A stretch of 50,082 nucleotides of DNA from Gaiellaceae bacterium. Its GTDB lineage: Bacteria > Actinomycetota > Thermoleophilia > Gaiellales > Gaiellaceae. Within the stretch, counting starts at the first letter, position 1. Every line of letters starts with the position of its first letter. The notes under the pieces were generated by a model. That model was not told where the DNA came from. It ran no database searches and saw only the letters and a list, made by a program, of their open reading frames with translations. The translations under genes were made by a program, and so were the position numbers. Shown piece after piece: positions 9,815 to 19,284 of the stretch. The stretch lies in contig JBOHBB010000166.1 in NCBI GenBank assembly GCA_050698135.1, positions 1-50,082 of the forward strand, written 5' to 3'.

Positions 9815-10363
9815 CTAGCGCTTCGTCGGGTTGTGCAGCTGCGCACGGAGCGCGCCCCCCGGATGGGCAGGCGTCGTCGTGTGCAGGTTGACGTAGTACG
9901 CGCGCGGGCTGTCGAGGATCGCCTGCAGCGTCGCCGGGGCCGCCGCGACGACCTTCGTCAGGTTGCCCACGCCGTCAGAGTCGGCAGGCTCGTTCGTGGT
10001 CGAATCCACGACGATGCCGCCGTTCGCGCCCTTCGCTCCCTGATGGATGTGGAGGCCCGAGATCGTCACCGAGCCCGGGAACGCGTAGTTGAAGTAGAAG
10101 ATCACCTCTCCGGAGGTGATCGCGCCCGACGAGTTGCGCGTCAGGTCGAACGTGACGCTCCCGACGGCGTCCGCCCGGAGGCCCTTGATCGCCGGCACTT
10201 CCTGGCTCGGCTTGAGCCGGAGCTTGAACACCGGCGTCGCCGAGGAGTTCGGCTTGCCCTTCGGCGGCTTCTTCGCGTCGGCGCCGCCGGCCACGCCTGT
10301 CACGACCAGTGCGAGGGCGCCGAGCAGCGCGAGTGAGGTCACGAGCAGCGTTCGCTTCGTCAT
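9815..10363 (-). CDS. CHRD domain-containing secreted protein
   Basis: Start at ATG 10363, preceded by AAGGAGG. Signal peptide MTKRTLLVTSLALLGALALVVTGVAGGADA. CHRD-type motif GLHIHQGAKGANGGIVV. Confidence 0.75.
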   Translation of the reverse strand: MTKRTLLVTSLALLGALALVVTGVAGGADAKKPPKGKPNSSATPVFKLRLKPSQEVPAIKGLRADAVGSVTFDLTRNSSGAITSGEVIFYFNYAFPGSVTISGLHIHQGAKGANGGIVVDSTTNEPADSDGVGNLTKVVAAAPATLQAILDSPRAYYVNLHTTTPAHPGGALRAQLHNPTKR

Positions 10364-10537
10364 GTCGCCTCCTTCGTTCGTTCGTCCGAGCACAGCCCGC
10401 CGCGCGGGCCACGCACCAGTTCGGATACCCGCCCGGGGCGGAACTTGCGCCCGCGGACGGCATTCGTACGAAATCCTTACGGGCACGTCACAAACCGCTC
10501 AAGGAATGAACACCGCTCGGTGTCTGACTTCGCCCGA

Positions 10538-10559
10538 GTCAATCGCTCCGCGTCAATCG
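10538..10559 (+). repeat. Direct 8-nt repeat GTCAATCG x2 (starts 14 nt apart) upstream of the DUF1996 gene
   Basis: gtcaatcg occurs at 10538-10545 and 10552-10559, ending 20 nt before ATG 10580. Possible regulator site. Confidence 0.25.
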
Positions 10560-10579
10560 TCCGTGGGGAGGTCAACGAC

Positions 10580-11431
10580 ATGAGAGCACGCGTCATCGTC
10601 ATCGCGCTCGCCGGCTTCGTCGTCGTCGCGGTCACGTCCGCCGCGCTCGCGAAGCCACCTGCCCGCGATCAGCGGGGCGACATCGGCCGCGCCGACCTGC
10701 GCGGCGTCAACTTCATCGAGAACTGTCGCTTCAGCCACCAGGCGCCGGACGACCCGATCGTCTTCCCGGGCAAGCCGGGCGCCTCGCACCAGCACACGTT
10801 CGTGGGCAACCGGACGACGAACGCGTTCTCGACCTTCGGCTCGCTGCGCTCGGGCCGGACGACGTGCATGCGCTCCGACGACACGGCCGCCTACTGGGTG
10901 CCCGCCCTCTACCAGGGCTCGAACGTCGTGCTCCCGCGGGCGGCGACGATCTACTACCGGCGCGGCACGCTCGCGCAGGTGACCACGTTCCCGAACGGCC
11001 TGCGGATGATCGCCGGCGACGCCGCCGCGACGAGCCCGCAGGGCATGCGCGCGACCTTCTGGAGCTGCGGCGTGCTGTCGGGGGTTCCCCTGTCGAGCAC
11101 CGTGCCTACCTGTCCCCAGGCACGGGGCTCCGGACTTCGCCTGCACGTCCGCTTCCCGAGCTGCTGGGACGGGCGGAGGCTCGACAGCCCGGACCACACG
11201 AGCCACATGGCCTACGCCGTGCGCGGGACCTGCCCCGCCACGCACCCGGTCGCCGTCCCCGCGATCGCCCAGATCTACCGCTATCCGACGCTCGGCGGCG
11301 AGGGCTTCACGCTTGCGTCGGGAGGCGAGTTCAGCGCGCACGCCGACTTCTTCAACGCGTGGAAGCCGGGAGCGCTGAAGAGGCTCGTCGAGGGCTGCCT
11401 GAATGCCCTCGTCCACTGCGGGCGCGGGTAA
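10580..11431 (+). CDS. DUF1996 domain-containing secreted protein
   Basis: ATG 10580 follows GGGGAGG. Signal peptide MRARVIVIALAGFVVVAVTSAALA. DUF1996-like core CRFSHQAPDDPIVFPGKPGASHQHTFVGN...AAYWVPALY. Confidence 0.75.
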   Translation: MRARVIVIALAGFVVVAVTSAALAKPPARDQRGDIGRADLRGVNFIENCRFSHQAPDDPIVFPGKPGASHQHTFVGNRTTNAFSTFGSLRSGRTTCMRSDDTAAYWVPALYQGSNVVLPRAATIYYRRGTLAQVTTFPNGLRMIAGDAAATSPQGMRATFWSCGVLSGVPLSSTVPTCPQARGSGLRLHVRFPSCWDGRRLDSPDHTSHMAYAVRGTCPATHPVAVPAIAQIYRYPTLGGEGFTLASGGEFSAHADFFNAWKPGALKRLVEGCLNALVHCGRG

Positions 11432-11567
11432 GCATCCCGCGTCGCACACCGGAGGCGCCGGTGTCTGCCGCCCGGCGCCTCTGCCGCATCGTGGTCACGA
11501 CCTCCCAGGGCCCGCGCGCGACCGAGCCCTAACGACGCGCTCACAGACCGCCGCTACGGTCGAGGCC

Positions 11568-13712
11568 GTGACACGCCTCCGGCTCACGGTCGTGCTGCTC
11601 GCCGCGCTCGCGCTCTCGGGCTCCGTGGCTCGGGCGACCTCCGTGGGCGAGACGCGCGAGGTTCCGGTCCCGTCGCTCGAGCCGGCCCGGACGGCTACCG
11701 AGTGGCGCGCGCTCACCCGGGAGCAGCCACGCGCGCGCGGCGCCCAGGCGCCCTGCCGCCCGCTGCGGGCAGTCTTCTACGCCGCCTCCGACTGGCTGCG
11801 CCTGGCGACGAAGCTCCGTGCGAGCGCGTCGCCGTGCGCGGAGTACTACGTCTCGGTGCCTCCGATCGTCGCGGACAAGACGACGTTCCGCCGCGACCAG
11901 GCGTGGCGCATCAGGGCGCTCGGGCCGAGCTTCCACGCGCTGGCGGAGATCCACTTCGCGACCTGGAGTCGCTGGGTCTCATCGACCGGCAGCTCATGGC
12001 ACACCGCCGGCGTCACCGCACGCGAGCGGATGGCCGCCGCCGGGTACGACGTCGCGCTCGGCGACTCGTGGATGCTGAACGAGCTGACGTCCGCGGTGCG
12101 CCGAGGAGACGGGAACGCCCGTGCGAACGTCCGCGAGTTCCTGCGTGGCCTCTACGAGGGCGACGGACGGAGACCGACGAAGGGGGCCGTCCTCGTCATC
12201 GGTTTCGGCCAGCGGACGAGCAACGTCAGCGTCTACCAGAGCACGCTCCAGTCGTGGCTCGCCGACTCGGCGTTCTGGACGGACATGGCGACCTACGTCG
12301 GCGACTGGTCGCAGGAGGTCTACGGCGACCTCCGCGCGCACGCTGTCCCCGGCGCGCCGACACCCGTGCGCCGGGAGTACCTGAACGACTACTTGCAGCA
12401 CCAGCTCGTGCTCGCCGGGGCAGGACCGCCGGAGATCGAGCCCGCCCGTGCCTACCTGCGCGAGGCGTACAGCCCTCTCGCGAACGGCGCGTGGCCACGC
12501 GAGACCGCCTGGGGGTGGACGATGGTCCCCGCCGAGCAGATGGCCGCGTATCTCTCGGCGCAGGTGGACGCGCTGCGCTCCTTCAGCGCGACGAGCGGGC
12601 AGGCTCGCGACCACTGGGGGTTCGCATGGGCGCCGAGCAACACCACCGGGATGCCGCCGGGCGACTTCGCGGCCCAGACGGGGGCGCTTCTCGACCGGCT
12701 CGCCGCCGCGGTCCGTGACTCGGGCGCGCCCGACGATCCCGAGAGCCCCGGGAGCGGCGCGTGCGGCGCCGACGAGTCCCTGTGCGCGGTCGATCTCGCG
12801 GACGCCCGGCACAACGAGGCCTGGCGTTCGTTCCGCGCCTGGGCGCAGTCGATCCTCTCGCTCGGGCCTGCCTCGCCGATCACCCTCGTCGCCGGCGTCG
12901 CATCGGGCCCGCTCGAGCTGTCGGTCGCGTCGGCGGTCGCTCGGCCGGTGGCCGTGACGCTCCGTTCGAGCTCACCCGGGGGCGGGTTCTCGACGAGCCC
13001 GGCGGGGCCGTGGACGAGCGCGCCGACCCTCTCCGTCGTGCCCGGAACGCCCGCCGCCTTCTACCACCGCGACACGCGGGCGGGCACGGCGACCGTCATC
13101 GCCTCCGCGCCGGGCATCACGCAGGCGATGCGAGCGGTCAGTGTGACCGCCGGCGTCGCTGCACGCGTTACGGTCACGCCCGGCGCACGTGAGGTACGGG
13201 CGCGTGGCGAGGTCGTGTTCACCGGCGCCGCGACGGACGCCTTCGGGAACGCCAATGCGTCGCCGCTCTCCTGGGCGGTCACGCCGGCGACGCTCGGCAC
13301 CTTCGTGCGCGGGCGGGGCGCCAGTGTACGGTTCCGCGCCGGGCGCGTGCTCGGCACTGGGACCGTGACCGCCCGGGCCGGCTCGCTCGGCGGCTCGGCG
13401 ACGGTCGTGGTGCGTCCTGGAACACTCCGCGTGCGGGCGGTCGACGTCACCCGAACGGCGCAGGGCGCTCGGGTGACGCTCACGGCGCTCGACGGCGCGC
13501 GCAGACCGATCTCGCAGGCGGCCGTCACGCTGGTCGCCCGCCTCGACGGCCGGCGCGTCGGCCGCGCGCAGGGGGTGACAGGTGCCGCCGGGAAGGCGCG
13601 GCTCCGACTCACGCTCGGGCGAGGCTGCGTCTCCCTCGTCGTCACTGGCGCGCGCGCGGAAGGCTTCCGCTGGGACGGCCGCTCGCCACACGTCCGCTTC
13701 TGCCGTCGGTAG
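11568..13712 (+). CDS. Secreted protein of unknown function with C-terminal Ig-like (Big_2-like) repeats
   Basis: In-frame GTG 11568 gives a signal-like N-terminus (VTRLRLTVVLLAALALSGSVARA). About 450 aa have no motif I recognise. Ig-like segments follow, e.g. VTVTPGAREVRARGEVVFTGAATDAFGNANASPLSWAV...GTGTVTARAG...ATVVVRPG. Confidence 0.65.
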   Translation: MTRLRLTVVLLAALALSGSVARATSVGETREVPVPSLEPARTATEWRALTREQPRARGAQAPCRPLRAVFYAASDWLRLATKLRASASPCAEYYVSVPPIVADKTTFRRDQAWRIRALGPSFHALAEIHFATWSRWVSSTGSSWHTAGVTARERMAAAGYDVALGDSWMLNELTSAVRRGDGNARANVREFLRGLYEGDGRRPTKGAVLVIGFGQRTSNVSVYQSTLQSWLADSAFWTDMATYVGDWSQEVYGDLRAHAVPGAPTPVRREYLNDYLQHQLVLAGAGPPEIEPARAYLREAYSPLANGAWPRETAWGWTMVPAEQMAAYLSAQVDALRSFSATSGQARDHWGFAWAPSNTTGMPPGDFAAQTGALLDRLAAAVRDSGAPDDPESPGSGACGADESLCAVDLADARHNEAWRSFRAWAQSILSLGPASPITLVAGVASGPLELSVASAVARPVAVTLRSSSPGGGFSTSPAGPWTSAPTLSVVPGTPAAFYHRDTRAGTATVIASAPGITQAMRAVSVTAGVAARVTVTPGAREVRARGEVVFTGAATDAFGNANASPLSWAVTPATLGTFVRGRGASVRFRAGRVLGTGTVTARAGSLGGSATVVVRPGTLRVRAVDVTRTAQGARVTLTALDGARRPISQAAVTLVARLDGRRVGRAQGVTGAAGKARLRLTLGRGCVSLVVTGARAEGFRWDGRSPHVRFCRR

Positions 13713-13718
13713 GGGCGG

Positions 13719-14333
13719 TCAGCCGCGCGTGAGAGCCACCGTCGCAGGCCCGGCGAGCCACACCGTCATCACGACGATCCAGACTCGCTGAACGACTCCG
13801 GGCGACTGGCCGCCGGTAGCGAGCAGGACGCCGAGCGTCGCCGCGGCCGCGACGGCGCTCGCGACTCCGGCCGCTCGTCGTCCGCTCCGGAACAGGGCGA
13901 GCGCGGCGAGCGCCACTGCGACGAGGACGAGGACGGTCGAGGCGACCGCGGCCGTCCAGTGGGTGATCGCAGGAGCGCCGTGCAGGTCGAGCCGACCGCC
14001 GAGCCCGCAGCGTGCCGCCCCGCTCGGGCAGTCGATTCGGACGAGTGCGACGACGACGAAGCCCACGCCTCCGCACGCGAGCGCGAGCGCGCCCGCCCGC
14101 GTCAGCGGCCGCACCAGCGCCGCTGCCCCGAGGCCAGCGACCCCGATCGCCACGATCGCGAGCATGCCCAGCCAAGCGTCCTCCACCCCGTGCGCCGCGA
14201 GCGAGCTGACGTAGTCGCGCCGGTGGGAGTACCCGGAGTTCGCGGCCCCGGCGAGGAGGAGCGCGATCCAGAAGACGCCGAGGCCCGCGAGGACGACCGC
14301 GGCGGCGTACCGTCCGCGCCGCGGCCGGGACAC
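13719..14333 (-). CDS. Polytopic membrane protein (DUF998-like)
   Basis: Start set at GTG 14333, because the longer ORF-track start would overlap the acyl-CoA dehydrogenase gene. About six hydrophobic segments. The family call is tentative. Confidence 0.5.
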   Translation of the reverse strand: MSRPRRGRYAAAVVLAGLGVFWIALLLAGAANSGYSHRRDYVSSLAAHGVEDAWLGMLAIVAIGVAGLGAAALVRPLTRAGALALACGGVGFVVVALVRIDCPSGAARCGLGGRLDLHGAPAITHWTAAVASTVLVLVAVALAALALFRSGRRAAGVASAVAAAATLGVLLATGGQSPGVVQRVWIVVMTVWLAGPATVALTRG

Positions 14334-14344
14334 GGCGCCTCGGG

Positions 14345-15526
14345 CTACCCGACGCCCGCGAGGAGGAACGCGCGCGATTCCTTGAGCATCTCGCGGGCGA
14401 TCACGAGGCGCTGGATCTCGTTCGTGCCCTCGTAGATCTGCGTGATCTTCGCGTCGCGCATCATGCGCTCGACCGGATACTCCTTGATGTAGCCGTAGCC
14501 GCCGAGGATCTGCACGGCCTCGGTCGTGACCCACATCGCCGCGTCCGTGCAGGCGAGCTTCGCCATCGCCGACGCCTTCGTCAGCTCGGCGTCGGCCGCG
14601 CCCTCGTCGACCATGCGTCCGAAGCGGTAGAGGAGGCCGCGCGCGCCCTCGGTGCGCGTCTCCATGTCCGCGAGCTTCGCGGCGAGGAGCTGGTGCTCGG
14701 CGATCGGCTTGCCCATCGTCTCCCGCGTTCGCGCATACTCGAGCGCGTAGTCGGTCGCGCCCTGCGCGATCCCGAGGCCCTGCGCCGCGACGCCGGGGCG
14801 CGAGCGGTCGAGGATGCGCATCGCGACCCTGAAGCCATGGCCCTCCCCGCCGAGGAGGTTGGCGGCTGGCACGCGTGCGCCGTCGAACGTGAGCTCCCCC
14901 GTCGTCGAGCCCGAGATGCCCATCTTGGGCTCGAGGCGGGCGACCTCGAAGCCGGGTGCCCCCGCCTCGACGACGAAGGCGGAGATGCCCGCGTGCAGCG
15001 CCTCCGGGTCGGTCTTCGCGAAGACCGTGTAGAGGTCCGCAACCGCAGCGTTCGTGATGAAGCGCTTCGAGCCGTCGAGGACGTACTCGTCGCCCTCGCG
15101 GCGGGCCGCCGTACGCATCGCAGCCGAGTCGGAGCCCGAGCCGGCCTCGGTCAGCGCGTACGCGGCGAGCGCCTCACCGGACGCGAGTCGAGGAAGGAAC
15201 CGCTCCTGCTGCTCGTCCGACCCGGCGAGCTTGAGGCCGAGCGAGCCGAGCTCCTGCACGGCGAGGATGAGCCCGCTCGTCGCGCAGACCTTCGAGACCT
15301 CCTCGATCGCGACGAGCGAGAGCAGCGTCCCCGTCCCGGTGCCACCGTGCTGCTCGCCGAAGAAGAGGCCGAAGATCCCGTGCTCGCGAAAGAGCTCGAC
15401 GACGTCCCAGGGGAACTCGTGCGACGCGTCGATCTCCGCCGCGCGCGGCGCGATCCGCTCGCGGGCGATCGTGCGGACGAGATCGCGGATCTCGAGCTGC
15501 TCGTCGGTCAGGGGCTCCCAGGGCAC
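14345..15526 (-). CDS. Acyl-CoA dehydrogenase
   Basis: LTEAGSGSDSAAMRT, GSKRFITNA and QILGGYGYIKEYPVERMMRDAKITQIYEGTNEIQRLVIAR. Confidence 0.9.
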   Translation of the reverse strand: MPWEPLTDEQLEIRDLVRTIARERIAPRAAEIDASHEFPWDVVELFREHGIFGLFFGEQHGGTGTGTLLSLVAIEEVSKVCATSGLILAVQELGSLGLKLAGSDEQQERFLPRLASGEALAAYALTEAGSGSDSAAMRTAARREGDEYVLDGSKRFITNAAVADLYTVFAKTDPEALHAGISAFVVEAGAPGFEVARLEPKMGISGSTTGELTFDGARVPAANLLGGEGHGFRVAMRILDRSRPGVAAQGLGIAQGATDYALEYARTRETMGKPIAEHQLLAAKLADMETRTEGARGLLYRFGRMVDEGAADAELTKASAMAKLACTDAAMWVTTEAVQILGGYGYIKEYPVERMMRDAKITQIYEGTNEIQRLVIAREMLKESRAFLLAGVG

Positions 15527-15547
15527 GGGCGGATTGTAGGGACGGAC

Positions 15548-16159
15548 CTAGGGCGAGAGCGCCCGCCGCAGCTCGCCGCGCGCGTCGTCCGCGACCGGGT
15601 CGCCATGGGTCGGCAGGAGCAGGTCCGCCGGCAGCTCGAGGAGGGGTTGCAGGCGCTCCCGCAGACCCGCCGTCGTATCGCCCTCCGCGAGCCACGACTC
15701 GGGCTGCAGCCGGAACCCGCGCCCGCCGCCGAGGAGGGCATCGCCGATCACGAGCGCCGAGTGTCCTCGGATCGAGAGGGTGCACTCGTTCGGGTACGCG
15801 CCGGGGTGCGGCTCCACGTCGCCCGCGAGGTCGTCCCCGACCGCGTACGGCCTGGCGGGGAGCCCGAGCTCGCCGAGGTCCGCCGCCGGCGCGTGCACCT
15901 TCGCGTCGAGCGCCTCCACGAGGTCGGAGGTGCTGCGGCGGTGCCAGAAGCAGGTCAGGACGACGACGACCGGCCGCCCGTCGGCGAGCGTCTCGACGTC
16001 CGCGACCTCGGCCTGCGGGTCGAAGAGGACGAGGGCGTCGCCTGCGTCGAGCGCGTACGAGCGGACGTCCTGCTCCCATCCGTCCGGCCCTCCCTGCTCT
16101 GGTGTCCACGACGGGTGCGCCGCGGTCCACGTCCACAGCCCGCGCCGGAGCTCCTCCAT
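15548..16159 (-). CDS. MBL-fold-like protein with a degenerate metal motif (paralog of 46169..46822)
   Basis: ATG 16159 (MEELRRGLWTW...) shares one base with the stop of the upstream VOC gene. It has VVVLTCFWHRR where HxHxDH is expected, and the C-terminal LLLPTHGDP. Similar along its length to 46169..46822. Confidence 0.55.
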   Translation of the reverse strand: MEELRRGLWTWTAAHPSWTPEQGGPDGWEQDVRSYALDAGDALVLFDPQAEVADVETLADGRPVVVVLTCFWHRRSTSDLVEALDAKVHAPAADLGELGLPARPYAVGDDLAGDVEPHPGAYPNECTLSIRGHSALVIGDALLGGGRGFRLQPESWLAEGDTTAGLRERLQPLLELPADLLLPTHGDPVADDARGELRRALSP

Positions 16160-16527
16160 CACGGCGCGTGGTGACAGACGGCCTCGATGTTGTTGCCGTC
16201 CGGGTCGAGGACGTACGCGGCGTAGTAGTTCGGGTCGTACCGGGCACGGATCCCCGGGGCGCCGTTGTCGCGGCCGCCGGCTGCGAGGCCGTTCGAATGG
16301 AAGCGGTCGACGGTCTCGCGATCGGGGCACTCGAAGGCGACGTGCGCGCCGCCGGCCGGGTCGCGTCGCCCGATGCCGAAGTCGAGGCCGCGCGCGTCGG
16401 CGTAGTAGGCGAGCGCCCCCTCCTCCTCGTACACGAGCCGGTAGCCGAGCGGCCCGAGCACGTCGGCGTAGAACCGCTTCGCGCGCTCCCAGTCCGTCAC
16501 GTTGACCGCGACGTGCGCGACCGTCAC
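16159..16527 (-). CDS. VOC/glyoxalase-family protein (tandem copy 2)
   Basis: VAHVAVNVTDWERAKRFY...GGAHVAFEC...DPDGNNIEAV. Confidence 0.8.
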   Translation of the reverse strand: MTVAHVAVNVTDWERAKRFYADVLGPLGYRLVYEEEGALAYYADARGLDFGIGRRDPAGGAHVAFECPDRETVDRFHSNGLAAGGRDNGAPGIRARYDPNYYAAYVLDPDGNNIEAVCHHAP

Positions 16528-16886
16528 TGCGGCTCCTGGCAGACGGCCTCGATGTTGTTGCCGTCAGCGTCGTGGACGAACGCCGCGTAGTAGTGCTCGT
16601 GGTAGTGGTCGCGATAGCCAGGCGGCCCGTTGTCGGTGCCACCCGCTGCCATCGCCGCCTCGTAGAACGCGTCCACCGTCGCGTGGCTCGCGCACTTGAA
16701 GGCGACGTGCGCCCCCCCGACCGGGTCACGTCGTACGACGCCGAGGGCTCCACCGTTCGGCTCGTTGAAGCCCACGAAGACTCCCACCTCGAAGAACAGC
16801 GAGTAGCCGAGCGGCTCGAGCGCCTTCGCATAGAAGCCCTTCGCCGCCTCCAGATCTGTGACGTTGACAGCCGTGTGGTCGATCAT
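16524..16886 (-). CDS. VOC/glyoxalase-family protein (tandem copy 1)
   Basis: ATG 16886 gives MIDHTAVNVTDLEAAKGFY...GGAHVAFKC...DADGNNIEAV. 4-nt overlap with the next VOC gene. Confidence 0.8.
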   Translation of the reverse strand: MIDHTAVNVTDLEAAKGFYAKALEPLGYSLFFEVGVFVGFNEPNGGALGVVRRDPVGGAHVAFKCASHATVDAFYEAAMAAGGTDNGPPGYRDHYHEHYYAAFVHDADGNNIEAVCQEPQ

Positions 16887-16920
16887 CTTCGCTCCTCCCG
16901 GCGTCGTTACAGTCGCGCCG

Positions 16921-18447
16921 ATGATCCTAGAGAACGGGCTCGTCCGGACGATGGACGCGTCGCTGCCGACCGCGCGGGCACTCGCGATCGCCGGCGACCG
17001 GGTCGCCGGCGGCGTCGGCACCCACGAGACCGCGCTTCCCTCCCCCGAGGTCGTCGACCTCGGCGGCCGCTGTGCCCTGCCCGGCTTCACGGACTCGCAC
17101 GTCCACTTCCCCACGTGGTCGCTCTCGCAGCGCGACGTGGGGCTCGAGGGAGTCTCGGATCTCGCGGAAGCGCTCGAGCGCGTGCGCGGCCATCCGCGCC
17201 GAGGAACCTGGATCCGCGGGACCGGCTGGCGCTCCGCCGAGTGGGAGACACAGCCGACGAAGGACGCCCTCGACGAGGTGACGGGCGATACGCCCGCGCT
17301 CCTGTGGTCGAAGGACTACCACTCCCTCTGGCTCAACTCGGCAGCGCTCGTGCAGGCGGGCGGCGACGTCCAGGTTCCTGGAGGAGTCGTCGAGCGGGAC
17401 GCGAGCGGAGAGCCGACCGGGATCCTGCGCGAGGAGTCCGCCTGGCAATTCCGGGCGCGCGTCGCGCTGCCGGGGGAGGACGAGTTCGTCGATGCGACGC
17501 GCGAGGGGCTCCGCATCGCGGCGGCCCGCGGCGTCGTCGCGATCCACGACAAGGACGGCTGGCTCGGCGCGCCCGGCATCTTCCAACGCGTCGCCGAGCG
17601 CGACGGCCTCACGCTCCGCGTCCGGCAGTCGGTCCCGTACGAGCGGACTGCCGAGCTCGCCGCCCTCGGTGTCCGCGCGGGCATCGGCGACGACTTCCTC
17701 CGCATCGGGTACCTGAAGGCGTTCATGGACGGGACGCTCGGGTCGCAGACCGCGTGGATGCTCGACGGATCGGGCGTCGTGATCACGAGCGGCGAGGAGC
17801 TCGCGGAGATCATCCGCGCGGCGGCGCGGATCGGGTGGCCGGTCGCGGTCCACGCGATCGGCGACCGTGCGAACCGCGAGGCGCTCGACGTTTTCGAGGC
17901 GACGCGCGACGAGTGGGCGCCGTTCGGCCTGCGGCAGCGGATCGAGCACGCCCAGTGCCTCGCGCCAGAGGACGTCGACCGCTTCGCGGCCCTGGGGGTC
18001 GCGTGCTCCGTCCAGTTCAGCCATGCACCTTCCGACCGCGACCTCGCGGAGCGGTTTTGGGGGGAGCGCGCCGACGGGGCGTACGTCTTCCGCTCGCTGT
18101 GGGACTCGGGCGCGCTCGTCGCGAACGGCTCGGACGCGCCAGTCGAGGAGCTCGACCCCCTCGCGGGCATCCGCGCGGGCGTCCTGCGAACGATCGACCA
18201 CCGGCCCGCGTGGCATCCCGAGCAGGCGGTGACCGTCGAGCAGGCGCTGCTCGCGAGCACGGTCAATCCCGCCTGGCTCACCGGGGACGAGCGCCGACGG
18301 GGGAAGCTCCTCCCCGGCTTTCTCGCCGACCTCGTCGTCCTCTCGCGAGATCCCCTGGAGGGCCCGCCGGACGAGCTCGAGTCGGTGGAGGTCGTCGCCA
18401 CGATGGTCGGCGGTCGCTGGGTGCACAACCCGCCGCCCTGGGACTGA
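16921..18447 (+). CDS. Amidohydrolase-family metal-dependent hydrolase (YtcJ-like)
   Basis: ATG 16921 gives MILENGLVRTMD.... Motifs PGFTDSHVHF (HxH), AVHAIGDRAN, IEHAQ and NGSDAPVE. Confidence 0.85.
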   Translation: MILENGLVRTMDASLPTARALAIAGDRVAGGVGTHETALPSPEVVDLGGRCALPGFTDSHVHFPTWSLSQRDVGLEGVSDLAEALERVRGHPRRGTWIRGTGWRSAEWETQPTKDALDEVTGDTPALLWSKDYHSLWLNSAALVQAGGDVQVPGGVVERDASGEPTGILREESAWQFRARVALPGEDEFVDATREGLRIAAARGVVAIHDKDGWLGAPGIFQRVAERDGLTLRVRQSVPYERTAELAALGVRAGIGDDFLRIGYLKAFMDGTLGSQTAWMLDGSGVVITSGEELAEIIRAAARIGWPVAVHAIGDRANREALDVFEATRDEWAPFGLRQRIEHAQCLAPEDVDRFAALGVACSVQFSHAPSDRDLAERFWGERADGAYVFRSLWDSGALVANGSDAPVEELDPLAGIRAGVLRTIDHRPAWHPEQAVTVEQALLASTVNPAWLTGDERRRGKLLPGFLADLVVLSRDPLEGPPDELESVEVVATMVGGRWVHNPPPWD

Positions 18448-18448
18448 G

Positions 18449-19246
18449 GTGCGTCCGCGCCTCTCGCGCGCCGAAGGGCGCAAGCTCTTCGGAACTGCAC
18501 CAGAGACGTACGACCGCGCGCGCCCGGGACACCCCGAGGCGGTCTACGACATCCTCCGCGACCGCTGCGGGCTGCGCCCAGGGTCGAAGGTGCTCGAGAT
18601 CGGGCCGGGCACGGGTCAGGCGACACGACGGCTGCTCGACCTCGGCGCCGACCCTGTCGTCGGGATCGAGCCCGACCCGGCCCTGGCCGAGTTCCTGCGG
18701 GCACGCTTCGGAGACCGCATCGAGCTCCGGGCGACGACGCTCGAGGACGCCGACCTCGAGGACGACTTCGACCTCGCCGTCGCCGCGTCGTCGTTCCACT
18801 GGGTCGACGAGGCGATCGGGCTCGAGTCGCTTCTCCGCGCGCTCCGGCCGGGTGGCTGGATCGCTCTCTGGTGGACCGTGTTCGGCGACGCGACGCGCGA
18901 GGACCCGTTCAGGGACGTGAGCGAGCCGCTCATGCGCGACCTCCCGCACAGCCCGTCGCAGCCGGAGAGTGGGCCTTCGTTCGGGCTCGACGCGGGTGCC
19001 CGGGTCGCGGCGCTCGAAGCGGCCGCCTTCGAGGACCCACGTCCGCACCGACTCCCGTGGACGCACACGTGGGACACCGAGGGCATCCGTGGCCTCTTCG
19101 AGAGCTTCTCGCCGGTCCTCGCCATGGAGCCCGACCGCCGGGAAGCGCTGCTCGACCGCGTGGCAGGCATCGCCGCTTCCGACTTCGGAGGACGGGTCAC
19201 GAAGCCGATCGTCACGGCGCTCTACACCGCGCGGAAGCCGTCCTGA
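18449..19246 (+). CDS. Class I SAM-dependent methyltransferase
   Basis: Motif I VLEIGPGTGQATRRLL, and post-I/II segments DLAVAASSFHW and LRPGGWIAL. Confidence 0.8.
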   Translation: MRPRLSRAEGRKLFGTAPETYDRARPGHPEAVYDILRDRCGLRPGSKVLEIGPGTGQATRRLLDLGADPVVGIEPDPALAEFLRARFGDRIELRATTLEDADLEDDFDLAVAASSFHWVDEAIGLESLLRALRPGGWIALWWTVFGDATREDPFRDVSEPLMRDLPHSPSQPESGPSFGLDAGARVAALEAAAFEDPRPHRLPWTHTWDTEGIRGLFESFSPVLAMEPDRREALLDRVAGIAASDFGGRVTKPIVTALYTARKPS

Positions 19247-19284
19247 ACAGCCGACCCTACAATGCGCTCGTGGCTAGCCGCACG

